From positions 5,975,618 to 6,039,617 of the forward strand of contig JAHRHZ010000048.1 of assembly GCA_024137785.1 (NCBI GenBank): a DNA stretch of 64,000 nt, given 5' to 3'. Below are positions 12,766 to 26,083 of the stretch, one piece after another. Source of the stretch: Ginglymostoma cirratum (lineage: Eukaryota). The translations under genes were made by a program, and so were the position numbers. Below the pieces are notes generated by a model that worked only from the letters and a program-made list of their open reading frames with translations, was not told the DNA's origin and ran no database searches. Each line of letters begins with the position of its first letter. Position 1 is the first letter of the stretch.

Positions 12766-13560
12766 CTACAAAAAAAAACAGGGAAGGCATTAATGTAATA
12801 TTTATTACATTTAATAAAACATTTTAAAATAGCACTTTACTCTCACTGCATTTTCTCTGAACCCATTGCATTAGTTTACAATGCCAGGCCAAGTCTACTT
12901 ATTTGTATGCTTTCAGAGTGTCCATCACTCTCTAGGTATCACATTTTAACTGGAACACCAACAAGTCACAACTAAAAAAATTCACAAAATAGTACATAAA
13001 AAAGGAAAAAAAAACACACAATCTCTTACTATTTTTTACATCCATAAGACGACTTAAGTATATTGAGAGAATGATGAGAGGGAGAAGCGGGTGAAAATTC
13101 AAAAAACCTTTCAAGAAAAATAATCAGCCTGTAACTGACCTCAGGAAATACTTATATAACTTGCCCACAAGGTATTACACAATAGTACCCTTGGAAGGAG
13201 AGATTCAAGTGATGATAATAACTATGTTCCAAAAGCTTTCAAAAAAAAAAAGTTCATTAATGCACTATATTGACCACTAGAAATAGGCATGATGCAAAAT
13301 ACCAACTATTGGGTTTTGAATTCGTCTAAGTTAATATCTGGGACTTTCATGGACTGAAACCATTTCTAAAAGTGACCAAAAACATGCCCTTAAACGGGCT
13401 ACAGGCATCACCTGACCATACAGGTTGGCCAAGTTTCATAGAACCAATGTGGATTGCACAAAGGACAGTCCAAATTGCAATTAACATTACAACTGAAGGC
13501 AATGAAATCAATCATTCCCGCCCTAGGAGGCAGGAAAAGGCTATTTCCCATCTGATCAAA

Positions 13561-13688
13561 GATAACAAAGTGTGGAGCTGGAGGAGCACAGCAGGCTAGG
13601 CAGCATCAGAGGAGCAGGAAAGTTGACGTTTCGAAAAGCTCCACACTGTGTTATCTCTGACTCCAGCATCGGCAGTTTTTACTATCTC
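13561..13688. mobile_element. Diverged family A Penelope mini-element with inverted arms
   Basis: gataacaaagtgtggagct ... agctccacactgtgttatc; includes gacgtttcg (hammerhead 3' half on the minus strand). Confidence 0.75.
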
Positions 13689-14086
13689 CAATCTGACCAG
13701 CGCTATCATTAGAATCTTTCCATGTTGGAGATAAACCATTACCTACAATTACCAAACCTAAACATGAGGAACTTAGCAGCTGGAATATACAAAGAAGCCT
13801 GTATTTCAAGAAGTTCTTTCTATGGCAGGAGGACAGATTGATTTTGATTGCAGAACCAAAATAGGCCAGAGAAGGTTTTTTTCCCTTCTGCCTCTCAAGA
13901 AGCAAGTGCAGTTACAACACCAACTGCAAAGCAACATCAGGAAACCAAGAATGTTAAAAATAAATATTTCTTTTATTTCTACTGATGACTCAAGAAGCCA
14001 GTTAATCAACCATGGTGCCAGGTTAAAATCTTACTACTCAATCCCACTGCTGCCAGGTTACTTTCATTAACAAGTGCTGTTTCTTT

Positions 14087-14345
14087 AGGGGTTGCACAGT
14101 GGCTGATGGTTAGCACCGTTGCTTCACAGTGCCAGAGACCCGGGTTCGATTCCACCCTTGCCTGTCTGTCTGTGTGGAGTTTGCACATTTTCCCAGTGTC
14201 TGTGTAGTTTCCTCCAGGTGCTCCAGTTCCTCCCACAATCCAATGTGCAGGTTAGGTGGATTGGCCATGAGAAATGCAGGGGTGGGTCTAGGTGGGGTGC
14301 TCTTCAGAGAGTCAGCCTGCTTCCATACTATAAGGATTCTGTGAT
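14087..14345 (+). mobile_element. HE1-like SINE (partial copies also at 7822-8011 and 27105-27256)
   Basis: Same head, core and tail as 434-761. Confidence 0.85.
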
Positions 14346-14713
14346 TCAAAAGAGAGTTTATCTTCCTTTTGAAGTTTACATAATGAAACAGAAACTTACT
14401 CAATTAAAGTAACATTTTCAAGGCCAATGATGCATACCAGCACCTGCAGCGTACACTCTAAAAGTCTCTATTGTGCCGGGGAGCAACACACACAGGATGC
14501 CATAGGTCAGGAGCATTTGGCTGAAGCGCAAACAAAATTTAAGAGCCCCTTCAAAAAAAATCAAAAATGGGCTGCAAACAAAACCAATCAGTATAAATTG
14601 TACTGGATACTAGCTCCTTTTTTAAATTTATATGTGCACACACACGTGCACCTACGTGACTGCACAAAGGTTGCATTTTTGATGTTGCATCTATTATTTT
14701 TATTGTGGTTAGC

Positions 14714-15650
14714 TGTGACAATACTTTGCCCTGGTTTGTTTTATGAAGAAAGGTTGAGACAGAGGAGAAGAACAGTCTGCTCAAAGCCCATAAAGTAAAC
14801 AGCTTGTGAGGCCTGGGATTTTTTTTTTTAAATGTAGCAATAATAGGAGCAGCCTGAATGGGTGGGGACACAAAACGGGATTTTTAATTTTACCTTTGAG
14901 CAGTTGTTGGGGTCTTGAAGCTGATGTGGAAGCTCCTGTTCCCCCTCTGTTACAGCTAAAAGCTGAGGCTCTCTTCCGACTGCTAAAGTTGCCTGTGAGA
15001 CAATCTATTTTACCGAATTTGCCTTTGCTAATGGTGCGATTATGGGATGTTACTCTATTGGAACAGTTAATTAGTAGTAGTTAATACATGTACTACTTTG
15101 TTAAGCATTTTGATAGAGTTAGAGTTAAGTCAATTCTTTTGTTTTTGTCTATTTGTACACTACAGTTAAAATACAAAGTGTGTTTTACTTAAAGTTTAGT
15201 AGTTTGACCAATCAAATTGTATTTGGAATGTGACGTTGAAAATACACTTACCTTGAAAATCAGAAAAAGTTAGGGTCTAGGATATTTTCACGGAATCCCT
15301 ACAGTGTGGAAATAGGCCATTCAGCCCAACAAGCCCAACCGCCCCTCCGAAGAGCATCCCACCTTAACTCATTCCCTTACCCCTGCATTTCCCCATGTCT
15401 AACCCACCTAACCTAAACATCCCTGGACACTATGGGGCAATTTAGCATGGCCAATCCACCTACCCTGCACATCTTTGGACTGTGGGAGGAAACTGGAACA
15501 CCCGGAGGAAACCGATGCAGACGTAGGGAGAATGTGCAAACTCCACACAGACAGTTGCCCGAGGGTGGAATTGAACCCGGGTTCCTGGCGCTGTGAGATA
15601 GCGGTGCTAACCACTGATCGACTGTGCCGCATTTGGTCTGATCCATAATA
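14714..15650 (+). mobile_element. Probable solo LTR
   Basis: Starts TGTGAC, ends ATAATA (decayed ATAACA), 4-bp duplication TAGC at 14710-14713 and 15651-15654. Confidence 0.55.
15292..15630 (-). mobile_element. HE1-like SINE nested in a solo LTR
   Basis: Reverse complement of the same SINE family. Confidence 0.85.
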
Positions 15651-15887
15651 TAGCAGAAAATAAACATAATCTTTTTGTAACTCAAGAAAACCTTGCAGTT
15701 GACTCCATACAACTATAGGAAAAATTAGTTAATACGTTTTAATTAGAAAAAGGTATGGTCACGTGCTAAAAACAACTTAAACATTCATCGTGACCAACTG
15801 GTCGAATGAAAAGAATGGAGCCAATGCACCCTACCTCACCTGGTCAGACATCACAAAAATGGCACTCGTACATAAACGTGGGGGAAT

Positions 15888-17399
15888 GGGCAGATGCTGG
15901 TATAGTAGTAATACCACTGGACCAGTAAGTCAGAGGTCCGGGCTATTCCTCTGGGGATGAACCTCCACAAATATCCCCATTCTCAGTGATGGACGAGCCC
16001 AGGACATCAATGAAAAAGGCAAAACTCAAGCATTCATAACTATCCTGAGCCAGATGGCCTGAGAGAATGATCCATCTCCATCTCCCCCAGAGGTACTCAG
16101 GATCACAAATGACAGTCTTCAATCGTTTGGTTCACTCCACATGATGACATTAAATGGATGAAGTCAGTGGATACTGCAAAGGCTATGTATCCTGACAACA
16201 TCTAGCCAACAGTTCTGAAGACATGTGTTGCAGAACAAGCTGCACCCCTAACTAACCTGTTTCAGTACAGATACAACACTGGCATCTAGAAGACCATGTG
16301 GAAGATTGATGAGGTATGTGCTGCCCACAAAAAAAAGGACAAATCCAACATATCCAATTACTGCCTTATCAATCTAGTCTCCATCATCAACAAAGTAATT
16401 GAAGGGGTCACCATCTATACTATTAAGCAGCACAAATAGGAATAACCTGTTCAGTTTGGGCTCTGGCAGGGCCACCAAGATCCTGGCCTCATCACAGCCT
16501 TGGCCAAATATGGCCAACAGAGCTGAGTTACAGAGGTGAGGTGAGAGCAATACCTTTGAACGTGGCCTTGTTGGCAATCAAGTAAGCCACCAAGGAGCCC
16601 CAGCAAAATTTATGTTAATGAAAATCAAGGGGTAAGGTCTCCATAGATTGGGGTCATGCCTAGCACAAAGGAAATTGATTACAGTTAGAAAATCCAGTCA
16701 TTCCATAACAATTCTGTAAATTGCTTCATGTTGGTGACCTATACCCATCACAGAGAATGAGAAACAGATATCCCCCCATCATAAGGTCAGAGTTAAGGAT
16801 GTTTACTTATGATTGTACAATGTTCAGCACTATTCACAATGACGTAAGTACTGACAGGGTGCTTGCTGATATGCAGCAAGATCTGAACGACATTTAGGCT
16901 TGAGCTGATAAGTAACAAGTAACATTTGCATCACACAAGTGCCAAGGAAAGACCATCTGCAATAACAGAGAATCAAACCATCTCCCCCTGATATCAGTGG
17001 CATTACCATCACTGAATCGTCCATTATTAGTGACAAGAAATTAAACTGGGCAAGCCATTTAAATACGCTGGTGGTGAAAGCAGGGGAACAGCTAGATGTA
17101 CTACAGCAACTTGCAAAGGTTCAGCAAAACCATCATTCAAACTGATAAGCACCACCATCTAGAAGAACAAGGGTGCCAGATGCCAGGAAAAACCACCACC
17201 TGCAGTTTCCTCCAAGCCAAACACAACCCTGACTTGGAACTAAAATCGCCATTCCTTTGCTATCACTACGCAAAATCCTCAATCTCCTTCCCTAACAGCA
17301 CAACTTGTGAGTGCACCTGCATCGGACAGACTGCAGCAGTTCAAGAGGCAGCTCACCATCACTTTCTCAAGGGCATCACAAGTGATATCCCACGATAAA
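15888..17399 (+). mobile_element. Internally deleted copy of the tRNA-headed LINE (head, RT, tail)
   Basis: Head followed by degenerate RT collinear with 43330-44300; shared tail gcagcagttcaagaggcagctcacc. Confidence 0.75.
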
Positions 17400-17503
17400 G
17401 CAGAAATACCAGAAAACAGTTATTTCAGATCTATTATTGACAAAGTAATTGTTTGGATAAATCCCCCTCTTGCAAGTAATAGGCATAATTTGTCATGGCT
17501 TAC

Positions 17504-17571
17504 CTTTCCTGCAAGTCGATTAGAAATTATCCCATTGCTAGCAATAAGGCTATCAGCTAACGTGGTTTTTC
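17504..17571 (-). CDS. EFL1: EFL1 coding exon 2
   Basis: tag|GA...AAG|gtaagc, 68 nt, (G)KTTLADSLIASNGIISNRLAGK; completes AHVDHGKT; phase matches the previous exon. Confidence 0.97.
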
Positions 17572-17759
17572 CTAAAAATATGAAAACAATTCATATTAGG
17601 TACAAAAACTTAAATTCATTCCAAAAAGAGAAGTAAATCGTTAAAAATTTATAAGAAAGCATGAATGTTTCTAAATATATGATTAATCACTTATGTAAAT
17701 AACATCAAGTTTGATTTAAATATGCCTTTAACTTGTTGCAAGGCACTGCACAGGAGCAA

Positions 17760-18170
17760 AGTAGAAGAGAAAGAGTTACTTTTAGAGCTTAACGTAGACA
17801 GTTCAAGGCACTGTCAATGGTGGGACAAAGGAATTTGATGATACACAATAGATTAGAACCAGAAGGAGATCATGTTCTCAGAAGGCTGTAAGGGGTCGTA
17901 GATTTGGAGGAACAGGCCTTAGATAGATTTAAACATGACGTTGTTCTGCAACTGGCAGCTAATGTAAATCAGCAAGCACAGGGGCACATGGGTGAATTGG
18001 TGTAGGTTAGGATATGGGTCGCAGAGTTTGGACGCGCTTCAGTTTATGGAGGGTGAAAGATGGGACATTAGCTTTGGTAGCAGTAAAATAGTCAAGTCTG
18101 AGGATAACAAATGCATGGCTGAGGGTTTCGGAAGTAGAATGAGTTGATGCATGGGTTACGAAAGATGATT
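17760..18170 (-). mobile_element. L2-clade LINE remnant
   Basis: ETLSHAFVILRLDY...LHKLKRVQ resembles the L2 motif ETLIHAFVTSRLDYCN...LQLVQN. Confidence 0.7.
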
Positions 18171-18564
18171 TTTTTGGAGGTAGAATGTAGTCATTTTGAG
18201 AAATTATATCCCAAAAGGGGCTGTGGAAAACCAATGGTATAATCTAGCAACTTGCAATCCTAACAGTGGCTCATGGATGACATCATAGTGATCATTTCCT
18301 GATTATTTTCTATGGGGATGCAGGAGAGGAAGACAACTTTCGAACAGAATACAAAGTCCATGATATCATTTACCCATAATGCAAAATCAGGAAGTGTCCC
18401 ATTTCCACAACCAGAAAGCACAGGAGGTCGATACACGAAAAAGAAACAGCTAATACAAAAAAGTGAACTCCACTCTTTAAGAAATATATTCACCACTAAA
18501 ATGCATATTCAATTCAACTATTATTATTAAGAATTCATGACTCTAAAATAAAGAATAAAACCTA

Positions 18565-19397
18565 CCATTGAACTTGGGCCTCTTAACCCAAAGGTAAAGA
18601 CACTACTACTGTGCCACAAGAGCCCACAAGGGCAGCTTTCATGATATTTTCTAGTTTACCTGCTCACAGATGTTATTAGACACGTTCAGAGTATGTGAGC
18701 CTTTTGGCTCAGAGGAAGGGACATTATCATTACACCACAAAAGCCCCTCAACATTGTTTAGCTATAATACACCACTAAATCGGGTGGGACGTTAATGTGT
18801 GCATTCTGGCTCAAAGGTAGGGACACTACCACTGTGACACAAGAGCCCTTAACAGCAGCTTTCCAGATGTTTTTTAAAAATCAACTTGTACAGAAATGTC
18901 GTTGCACACCTCTGGATCAGTTTGGATTTGAACGTGGGATTCTTGGATCTGGTAGGTACACTTCCAATGGCACCACAACAGCCCTCGCAGATTTAAAGTG
19001 CTCCTTGCAGAAAACATACAGGGCATTTAATAATCCAACACTTGAAGTGTGTCTTGAATCCATAACCTTCTGCCCCAAAGACAAGTGCTACCAAAAGAAC
19101 AAACTGTAGACTAACCTGTTAACAATTATTGCCTGACAGTTGATTTAATTGTACTTTCTAATCAACCTATTTGTAGATGTTATTACACACATCTGGAGCA
19201 GGTTGGACTTGAACTCAGGCCTCCTGGCCCAGAGGTAGGGACATAATAATCAGTCACAAGAGCCGTTAAGAGCAGCTTTCCAGATATTTTCTGATCAACC
19301 TGTTCAGGAATGTTATGACACACCTCTGGAGCAGGCAGGACTTCAACCACTGCCTCCTGGCGCAAAGACAGAGTCACTACACTGCGCCACAGAGCCC
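18565..19397 (-). repeat. Tandem array of 6-7 diverged ~130-bp tRNA-derived units
   Basis: Minus-strand consensus gggctcttgTGGCACAGTGGtagtgtccctacctctgagccaggaggcctGGGTTCAAGTCCcacctgctccagaggtgtg...; dispersed monomers at ~12100-12205, 23110-23215, 37577-37683 and 44780-44878. Confidence 0.8.
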
Positions 19398-21290
19398 TCT
19401 TGGCAGTTTGATCATTTTCAGCACTGGATCATGATAATTTAATGGTCTATATCATTATAGATTAATTAATGGAGGGACATTAATTGCTTGAACTTAGATT
19501 GAGATAGTGGCAGTATACAGGGCACTGGGGGAAAGGAGGGGGAACTATCAAGAGTTTTATAAAAAAAAAGTGGGGTGATAAAATATTTTTTTACACAGGT
19601 AGTTAGGATCTTGAATGAACTGCCTGCAACTGTGGTGGAGGCAGACTCAGTTATTATTTAAATAGAAACATGCAGAATCATGGGCAAAAGACAGGAGACT
19701 GGCACTAAGTCAAAATACTCAGAGACCTGATATAGACACCATGAACCTTTCCGCATCATAACAATTGTGTGATTCTATGTACCTGGACTCCCAAATTTCT
19801 TTGGACTTCCACTGTACCTATCTTTTCACCACTTAAAAAGTAGCCAGCTCTATACTTACATTGAAATAAGTTTGCCAATGTTTTGTCCAATCATTTCTTG
19901 GTAATTTTATACTTCAATTTACACTGCGTATAATGCCTCCTACCTGTGTGCCATTGGCATTTTGGATATATGGTTTTCTACCATATTATTCAAGTCATTA
20001 ATAAATATGACTAGTAGTTTGTGAACACAAAATCCTGTAGGATTCTACTATTTAGCCTCACATTAATTAGAGTAGCTGTCCATTAACATTTACTCACACT
20101 CCTGCTGCTCAGTCAATTACCCAACCTGGTCCGTAATTTACCATCACTTTCACCAGTTTTACATCATATTAAATAATTTTGAATAGCTTCCACTGACTGT
20201 CATTTCAACCATTAACAGACTTGTCCAATTTATTGAGGAAAGTTTCAGTCTCATCACATTGAATTCAGTCCTCCCTTAAATCTAGAAACATGGCCACCGT
20301 ATTGTGTATTTCCCTTTCAAGCAGAACACTGAATTCAATCATATTGTGACCAAATGATCATATTACAAGGCTGTTAAATGAATTTAGCTCATTGCTCATT
20401 ATTATCTCTAATGTGGAATGTCCTTTTTTCCCTAGATCATATTGTTGTAGAACTCCATCAAGAGCAGTCACTCTCTGACTTGGTCGCCTGCTACCCAATC
20501 CATATGAATATAAACTTGCCCATCAAAACCCACTGCCTAAACTTTATGCTTATCTAAATCTTAGTTAAGGGGTTTACTTCACATATGCCAACTTGGGCCC
20601 TGCACAAAACTTCCAATACAGTCTTAAATTCTATTTCTTAATTGTACCCATAAAGTTACCATTGTTACTTCATCTCATATCATGTCCTCCCTCATTACTG
20701 CAGTGATTTCATCCTTATTCACTAAAGCTACACGTCCTTACTATCATTTTCCCTATCTTTACTTATAATGTCTATATCTAAATCCAAGTCCTTGTCATTT
20801 TGCAGCCAGAAAGGATTATTTTAACCCTTTATTCCCTCTTTAGACAAGACTCGGTTAATTTGTTGAAACAGTTATTCAAAAATGGCATACAGCTCAAATC
20901 TTTGCTGTAAAAACAACTGTTTTATTCATTTCTTTTAATCAGATAAGCTTCTAATCAACTATTTCTACAGATGACAATTTCCAATTAAAATTTACACATT
21001 TACTCACCCATATTTCTATCCATCAGTGTTCAAATTTCAGTTTAGTGCCCAATCATATTCAAACAAACACACATGTCTATCTTATCCAATCATAACATGG
21101 TCTTACGAAACTGTAAATATATCCAACTGTAGGTACGTACTTGAGACTGTAAGAAAACCTATACTGTCCCTTTAACCTGCTTTCACAGCCACATATCATA
21201 CCAAACATGTTGAGTTTGTAGTTCATTCAGTTTTCTCTTTACAGTCTAAACATTGTGTAAAAATTACTGCTTGGACCACTATCCCCAACC

Positions 21291-21640
21291 AGCGCAGTAG
21301 CTCAGTGGTTAGCACTGCTGCCTCAGTGCCAGGAAGCCGGGTTTGATTCTAGCCTTTAGTGACTGTCTGTGCAAAGTTTGCACTTTGTCCCCGTGTCTGT
21401 GTGGGTTTCCACTGAATGCACAGTTTCTCCCACAGTCCAAAGATGGGCAGGTCAGGTAGATTGGCCGTGTTAAATTGCCCAGTAATGTCCAGAGATGTGC
21501 AGACTAGGTGGATTAGTGATAGCAACTGAGGGGTTACAGGGTTAGGGTAGGGAACTAGGTCTAGGTAAGATGCTCTTCAGAGGGTTGGTACAGACTTGAT
21601 GGGCCAAATGGCCTCTTTCCACAATGTAGGGATTCTATGA
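21291..21640 (+). mobile_element. HE1-like SINE
   Basis: gcagtagctcagtggttagcactgctgcc head, V core, tail. Confidence 0.85.
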
Positions 21641-23511
21641 TCTTATCCTATCCTTTAATGCTAATAGATTATTCAGAAGTTAAATTAATATTTATCTGAC
21701 ATCATTTACTTGTGAACACCCAATTTCTGCTTCCATTAGAAACCTGGTACCAGCCTGATTCAGGTGGAGTCCATTCCAATGGTGCCATTCCTTGCTGTCT
21801 CAATAATGGACCCAGGAGCATATGAATAGCCTGACATAGCCCTCACCCTGGTACTAAGCTGGCATGCAACACATCAGACTCTCAGAATTGCTTAAAAAGG
21901 GTGCTATCATTTCCCCTACAATTATCACATGAAGCTTCCCTCTTCCATGCTTTGGACAACTTCTTGCTGCAAGGTGTCCTGATCTGCATGTTGGTTCTCC
22001 TTCCAGCAGTCTTTATTCCTTATCCTCACAGGTAGCAACTACATTGTACCTGTTGATTAGGATCAATTTCTGTATGTGCATTCTCATTCTCATTCTCATT
22101 CTTTACTTTACCTCTCACCATTGGTCACACAAGCCTCATTATGAAGTTCCATCTCCCTGCAAGATTGACCAAAGTCTGGAGCAAATTATCCTGATGCTTG
22201 GATATATAGGGAACGCAGATCAGTATCTCCAACTTGCATTCCAGCTCTTTGGCTCTCAATCAGAGAGATTCAAGGTAGAGGCAGCTACTCGAAACGTGTT
22301 TACTGAGAACAGTCTTGCTGTCTACTAACTGGAACATACTGCAGTCCAGACACACTGAAGAGTCATTCTGACTTAAAACATAACTCTGTTCTTCTTTTCA
22401 CAGGATGAGCACTAAGCTTGACATGCAGATATGCATTTTTTTTTAAAAGTTACTCACATGTTTTGGCAGAATTTTTGCTCAGCACCAGCAACAAGTTTCA
22501 CTTTAAATAAGTAAATCAATAATAACAAAGTTTTATAACTTTTTTTAAAATAATAAATCATTGTGTTGTGTTTCAGGTGTCTGGTAATTTTTCTAACATG
22601 GAGTAGCAAGTCTCCGAAGCAAAATAGTTGAGAACAGCTTCAACACTGGCACCTACCTGACAATGTGGAAAATTGCCCAGCTATATCACATTCACAAAAA
22701 GCAGCACAAATCCAAACCAGACAATCAGCACCTATCAATCTACTCTCAATCATCAGCACAGTGATTGAAGGTGTCACCAATAGTGCTATCAATCCGCAAT
22801 CATGTTCAGTTTGGATTCTGCCAGAGCTACTCAGCTCCAGACCTCACTAGAGCCTTACACCAAACATGAACAAAAGAGCTGAATTCCAGGAGTGAGGTGA
22901 GAGTGACAGCTGTTAACATCAAGGCTGTTAAGGTGAAACAAAAATGTCTGTGGATGCTGGAAATCTGAAACAAAAGGAAGCACTGGAGAAACTCAGCAGG
23001 TCTGGCAGCATCCAGAGAGAAACCAGAGTTCACATTTTGAGTCCGGTGACCCTTCATCCGAAAAAAAGTCAACTCCAGGACATCTCAACAGTAGTTCCTC
23101 AGGGGAAATATTTTTAGTCAACCTGTTGGATGTATTATGACACAATTCTGGAGGAGGACTTGAACCCAGGTCTCCTGGCTCGGAGGTAAGGACACTACCA
23201 CTGTGCCACAAAAGCCTGACTTCCTAAATTATTTTTTAATTAATCTGGTCAGAGATTAATCCTAATCTCTGGAGTAGGTGGGACTTGAATATGGGTAGAT
23301 ACACTACCACTTTTAGCTGGCAACTGGGGATGAGCAATAAATGCTGGCCCAGCCAGAGACGCCCACATCCCATAAATGAATGAAAAAGGCAACATATAAA
23401 CAAATAATGTCATGGTATCAGGGCCATCTCCTCAAACTTATTTATATTTAATCAAATTTTGGAAGGGTAATAACATAAGCAAACCAGTTAAGAAAAAATG
23501 AGAAACCTTAC

Positions 23512-23602
23512 CATGGTCCACGTGAGCCACAATACAGATATTCCGGATGTTGGCTGTATTCTTTTGTAGATCAACAATATTTTCCAAATTAGTGTGACCC
23601 AT
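23512..23602 (-). CDS. EFL1: EFL1 first coding exon (exon spans 23512-23615 including 13 nt of 5'UTR)
   Basis: ttccag acceptor, ATG at 23602, [32 protein letters not shown]|gtaagg donor; 91 coding nt; start of the translational GTPase G1 motif. Confidence 0.97.
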
Positions 23603-24264
23603 TGTGAATTTGATTCTGGAACAATATATGAAGAAAATAATAGTACTGTACCATTCCACTAACAATCCAAGCTGAATGTTCTAATGTGTTATATTTTACA
23701 TTCAGTATGCTAAATACTATAAATGCATAAAACAGTACAGCAATCCAGGTTAAGTCAAGATGTTACTCTTAAGATTGCTTAAAACTTTTATAATAAAGTG
23801 CTGAAAAATCAGAGGTTGCAGAAAACTAGCAAGTAGCAAATAAAATGAAGTTGCCAGAAGCAGTGAGGATGAGTTTGCAATTACAGGTTGACATTAGCTA
23901 CCGCGATATTATGGCTTCCTAACTGAAGTGATACAATACTATACTTAATTGAGGAATTTCCTAAAGGTATCTCACTCAGAAACTATTACAGGTCTTTGGA
24001 ATAACAATGCATTGCCCTCAGTATTTTGGAGACTAGATGAGTTAACCATGATCCATAGCTATCCCTCAATCACACACAAGTTGCCCATCGTTGACTACAT
24101 TCATAACATGGAAAAATAGTTGGCAGAGTACAAATATCAGCCTCAAAAACAATAAAGGTGTAAGAGCAGGCCGATCTTGCAGCACCACTGGCAATGAACG
24201 TCCCTCATGGCAAGTGTTCCAGGCTCAGCACTGCTTGGCCCTCTACTCCATGAGCAGGGCAACG

Positions 24265-25660
24265 ATGAAGTTCACCTGGACCATCTCCAACACTTCTCTC
24301 TCCTTCCTGGACCTCTCTGTCTCCATCTCGGGCAACCATCGAGACACCAATATCCATTTCAAGCCCACTGACTCCCACAGCTACCTGGAATACACCTCCT
24401 CCCACCCACCTTCCTGCAAAAATGCCATCCCCTATTCCCAATTCCTTCGCCTCCGCCGCATCTGCTCCCAGGATGACACATTCCACTCCCGTACATCTCA
24501 AATGTCCTCATTCTTCAAGGATCGCAACTTCCCCCCCCACAGTGGTTGAGAACACCCTTGACCGTGTCTCCCGCATCTCCCGTAACACATCCCTTACGCC
24601 CCGTCCCTGCAATAATAACCAAAAAAGAATCCCCCTCGTCCTCACATACCACCCCACCAACCTCCGGATCCAACGCATCATCCTCTGACACTTCCGCCAT
24701 CTGCAATCAGACCCCACCACCAAAGACATTTTTCCCTCCCCACCCTTATCTGCCTTCCGGAGGGACCACTCCCTCCGCGACTCCCTTGTCTGCTCCACAC
24801 TCCCCTCCAGCCCCACCACACCCGGCACTTTTCCCTGTAACCGCAGGAAGTGCTACACCTGCCCCCACACCTCCTCCCTTACCCCAATCCCAGGCCCCAA
24901 GAAGACTTTCCACATCAGGCAGATGTTCACCTGCACTTCTGCCAATGTGGTATACTGCATCCGCTGTACCCGTTGTGGCCTCCTCTACAGCGGGGAAACC
25001 AAGCGGAGGCTTGGGGACCGCTTTGCAGAACACCAGAGCTCAGTTCGCAACAAACAACTGCACCTCCCAGTCGCGAACCATTTCAACTCCCCCTCCCATT
25101 CCTCAGATGACATGTCCATCCTGGGCCTCCTGCAATGCCACAGTGATGCCACCCGAAGGCTGCAGGAACAGCAAATCATATTCAGCCTGGGAACCCTGCA
25201 GCCCAATGGTATCAATGTGGATTTCACAAGCTTCAAAATCTCCCCTCCCCCAACCGCATCCCAAAACCAGCCCAGCTCATCTCCACCTCCCTAACCTGTC
25301 CTTCCTCTCACCTATCCCCTCCTTCCCACCTCAAGCCCCACCCCTATCTCCTATCTACTAACATCATCCCGCCCCCTTGACCTGTCCGTCCTCCCTGGAC
25401 TGACCTATCTCCTCCCTACACCCCTTCCTACACTCACCTTTACTGGCTCCATCCCCGCCTCTTCGACTTGTCTGCCTCCTCTCCACCTATCCTCTCCTCT
25501 ATCCATCCTCTATCTGCCTCCCCCTCTCTCCCTATTTATTTCAGAACCCTCTTCCCCTCCCCCATTTCTGATGAAGGGTTTAGGCCCGAAACGTCAAGTT
25601 TTCCTGCTCCTATGATGCTGCTTGACCTGCTGTGTTCATCCAGCCCCAAGCTTGTTATCT
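24265..25660 (+). mobile_element. 5'-truncated Penelope-like element (Neptune-type): RT C-terminus, Cys linker, GIY-YIG endonuclease, pyrimidine-rich tail, hammerhead repeat
   Basis: FLDLSV, KPTDSHSYL, SSHP, AIPYSQFLRLRRICS; PCNRRKCYTC linker; NVVYCIRCTRCGLLYSGETKR...VANHFN; one frameshift in a C-run (~24531-24538) and one stop at 24686-24688. Confidence 0.92.
25564..25599 (+). ncRNA. Minimal type I hammerhead ribozyme motif in the Penelope terminal repeat (family A)
   Basis: ATTT-CTGATGA-A-GGG tttagg CCC-GAAAC-GTC-AAGT: core boxes, stem II, short stem I and GUC site. Confidence 0.8.
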
Positions 25661-25902
25661 TGCACTGAACATATGCTGAGCCTTCAAACACGGGGAGTGA
25701 GGTGAATGGTCTGAGGGACTGGGAGCGGGAACACTGACCCGAAACCCAGGCCCAGTGGGGAAGAAAGAGTGGGAGAGGGGGAAGGGGCCCGTGCGGAGTA
25801 GGGGCAGGTATGGAGGGGAAAGGGGGAGGAACGCTGACCGTCAACCCCATCTCAATGCCTCCCACACCCGGGAGAGTGAAGATGACAGAAAACCGCGCTC
25901 AC

Positions 25903-25990
25903 CGAAACAGGTCTCCTGGCAGATACCAAATCGAGCAGCGGCGCCACGATGACAGTCAGGCTCCAAGGCGCCTGCTCGGGCCTGTACCCT
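25903..25990 (-). other. EFL1: Probable non-coding exon 1 of EFL1 (5' end approximate)
   Basis: Strong minus-strand donor TTCG|gtgagc at 25903/25902 inside the CpG island; no ATG in this stretch on the minus strand; the next exon has an acceptor upstream of its ATG, so an upstream exon is required. Confidence 0.6.
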
Positions 25991-25998
25991 CTGACCTC

Positions 25999-26006
25999 TG
26001 ACGTCA
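25999..26006. promoter_or_regulatory. Palindromic CRE (TGACGTCA)
   Basis: Perfect full CRE in the middle of the CpG island. Confidence 0.65.
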
Positions 26007-26038
26007 CGCCGACGCTGCGCCGTTGCCGAGTCGCGGCG

Positions 26039-26083
26039 GTTGCTGGGCAGCGGTTGCCAGGTGACGGCGGCGTCCCTGGAGAC
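26039..26083. promoter_or_regulatory. Cluster of X-box (RFX)-like motifs
   Basis: GTTGCTGGGCAGC (26039-26051), GTTGCCAGGTGAC (26053-26065) and a weaker GTCCCTGGAGAC (26072-26083), about 200 bp upstream of a ciliary gene ATG. Confidence 0.6.

Noticed and set aside
18565-19397. CRISPR array or genuine tRNA gene cluster
   Set aside because: Eukaryotic intron; units are long and diverged, have no unique spacers and no clean cloverleaf that I could verify
23603-23665. N-terminal extension of EFL1 suggested by the ORF track
   Set aside because: It crosses the splice acceptor at 23616-23617 and starts at a non-ATG codon; the ATG at 23602 fits the known N-terminus
24546-25361. 271-aa Pro/Ser-rich ORF
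   Set aside because: Alternative frame of the C-rich Penelope element
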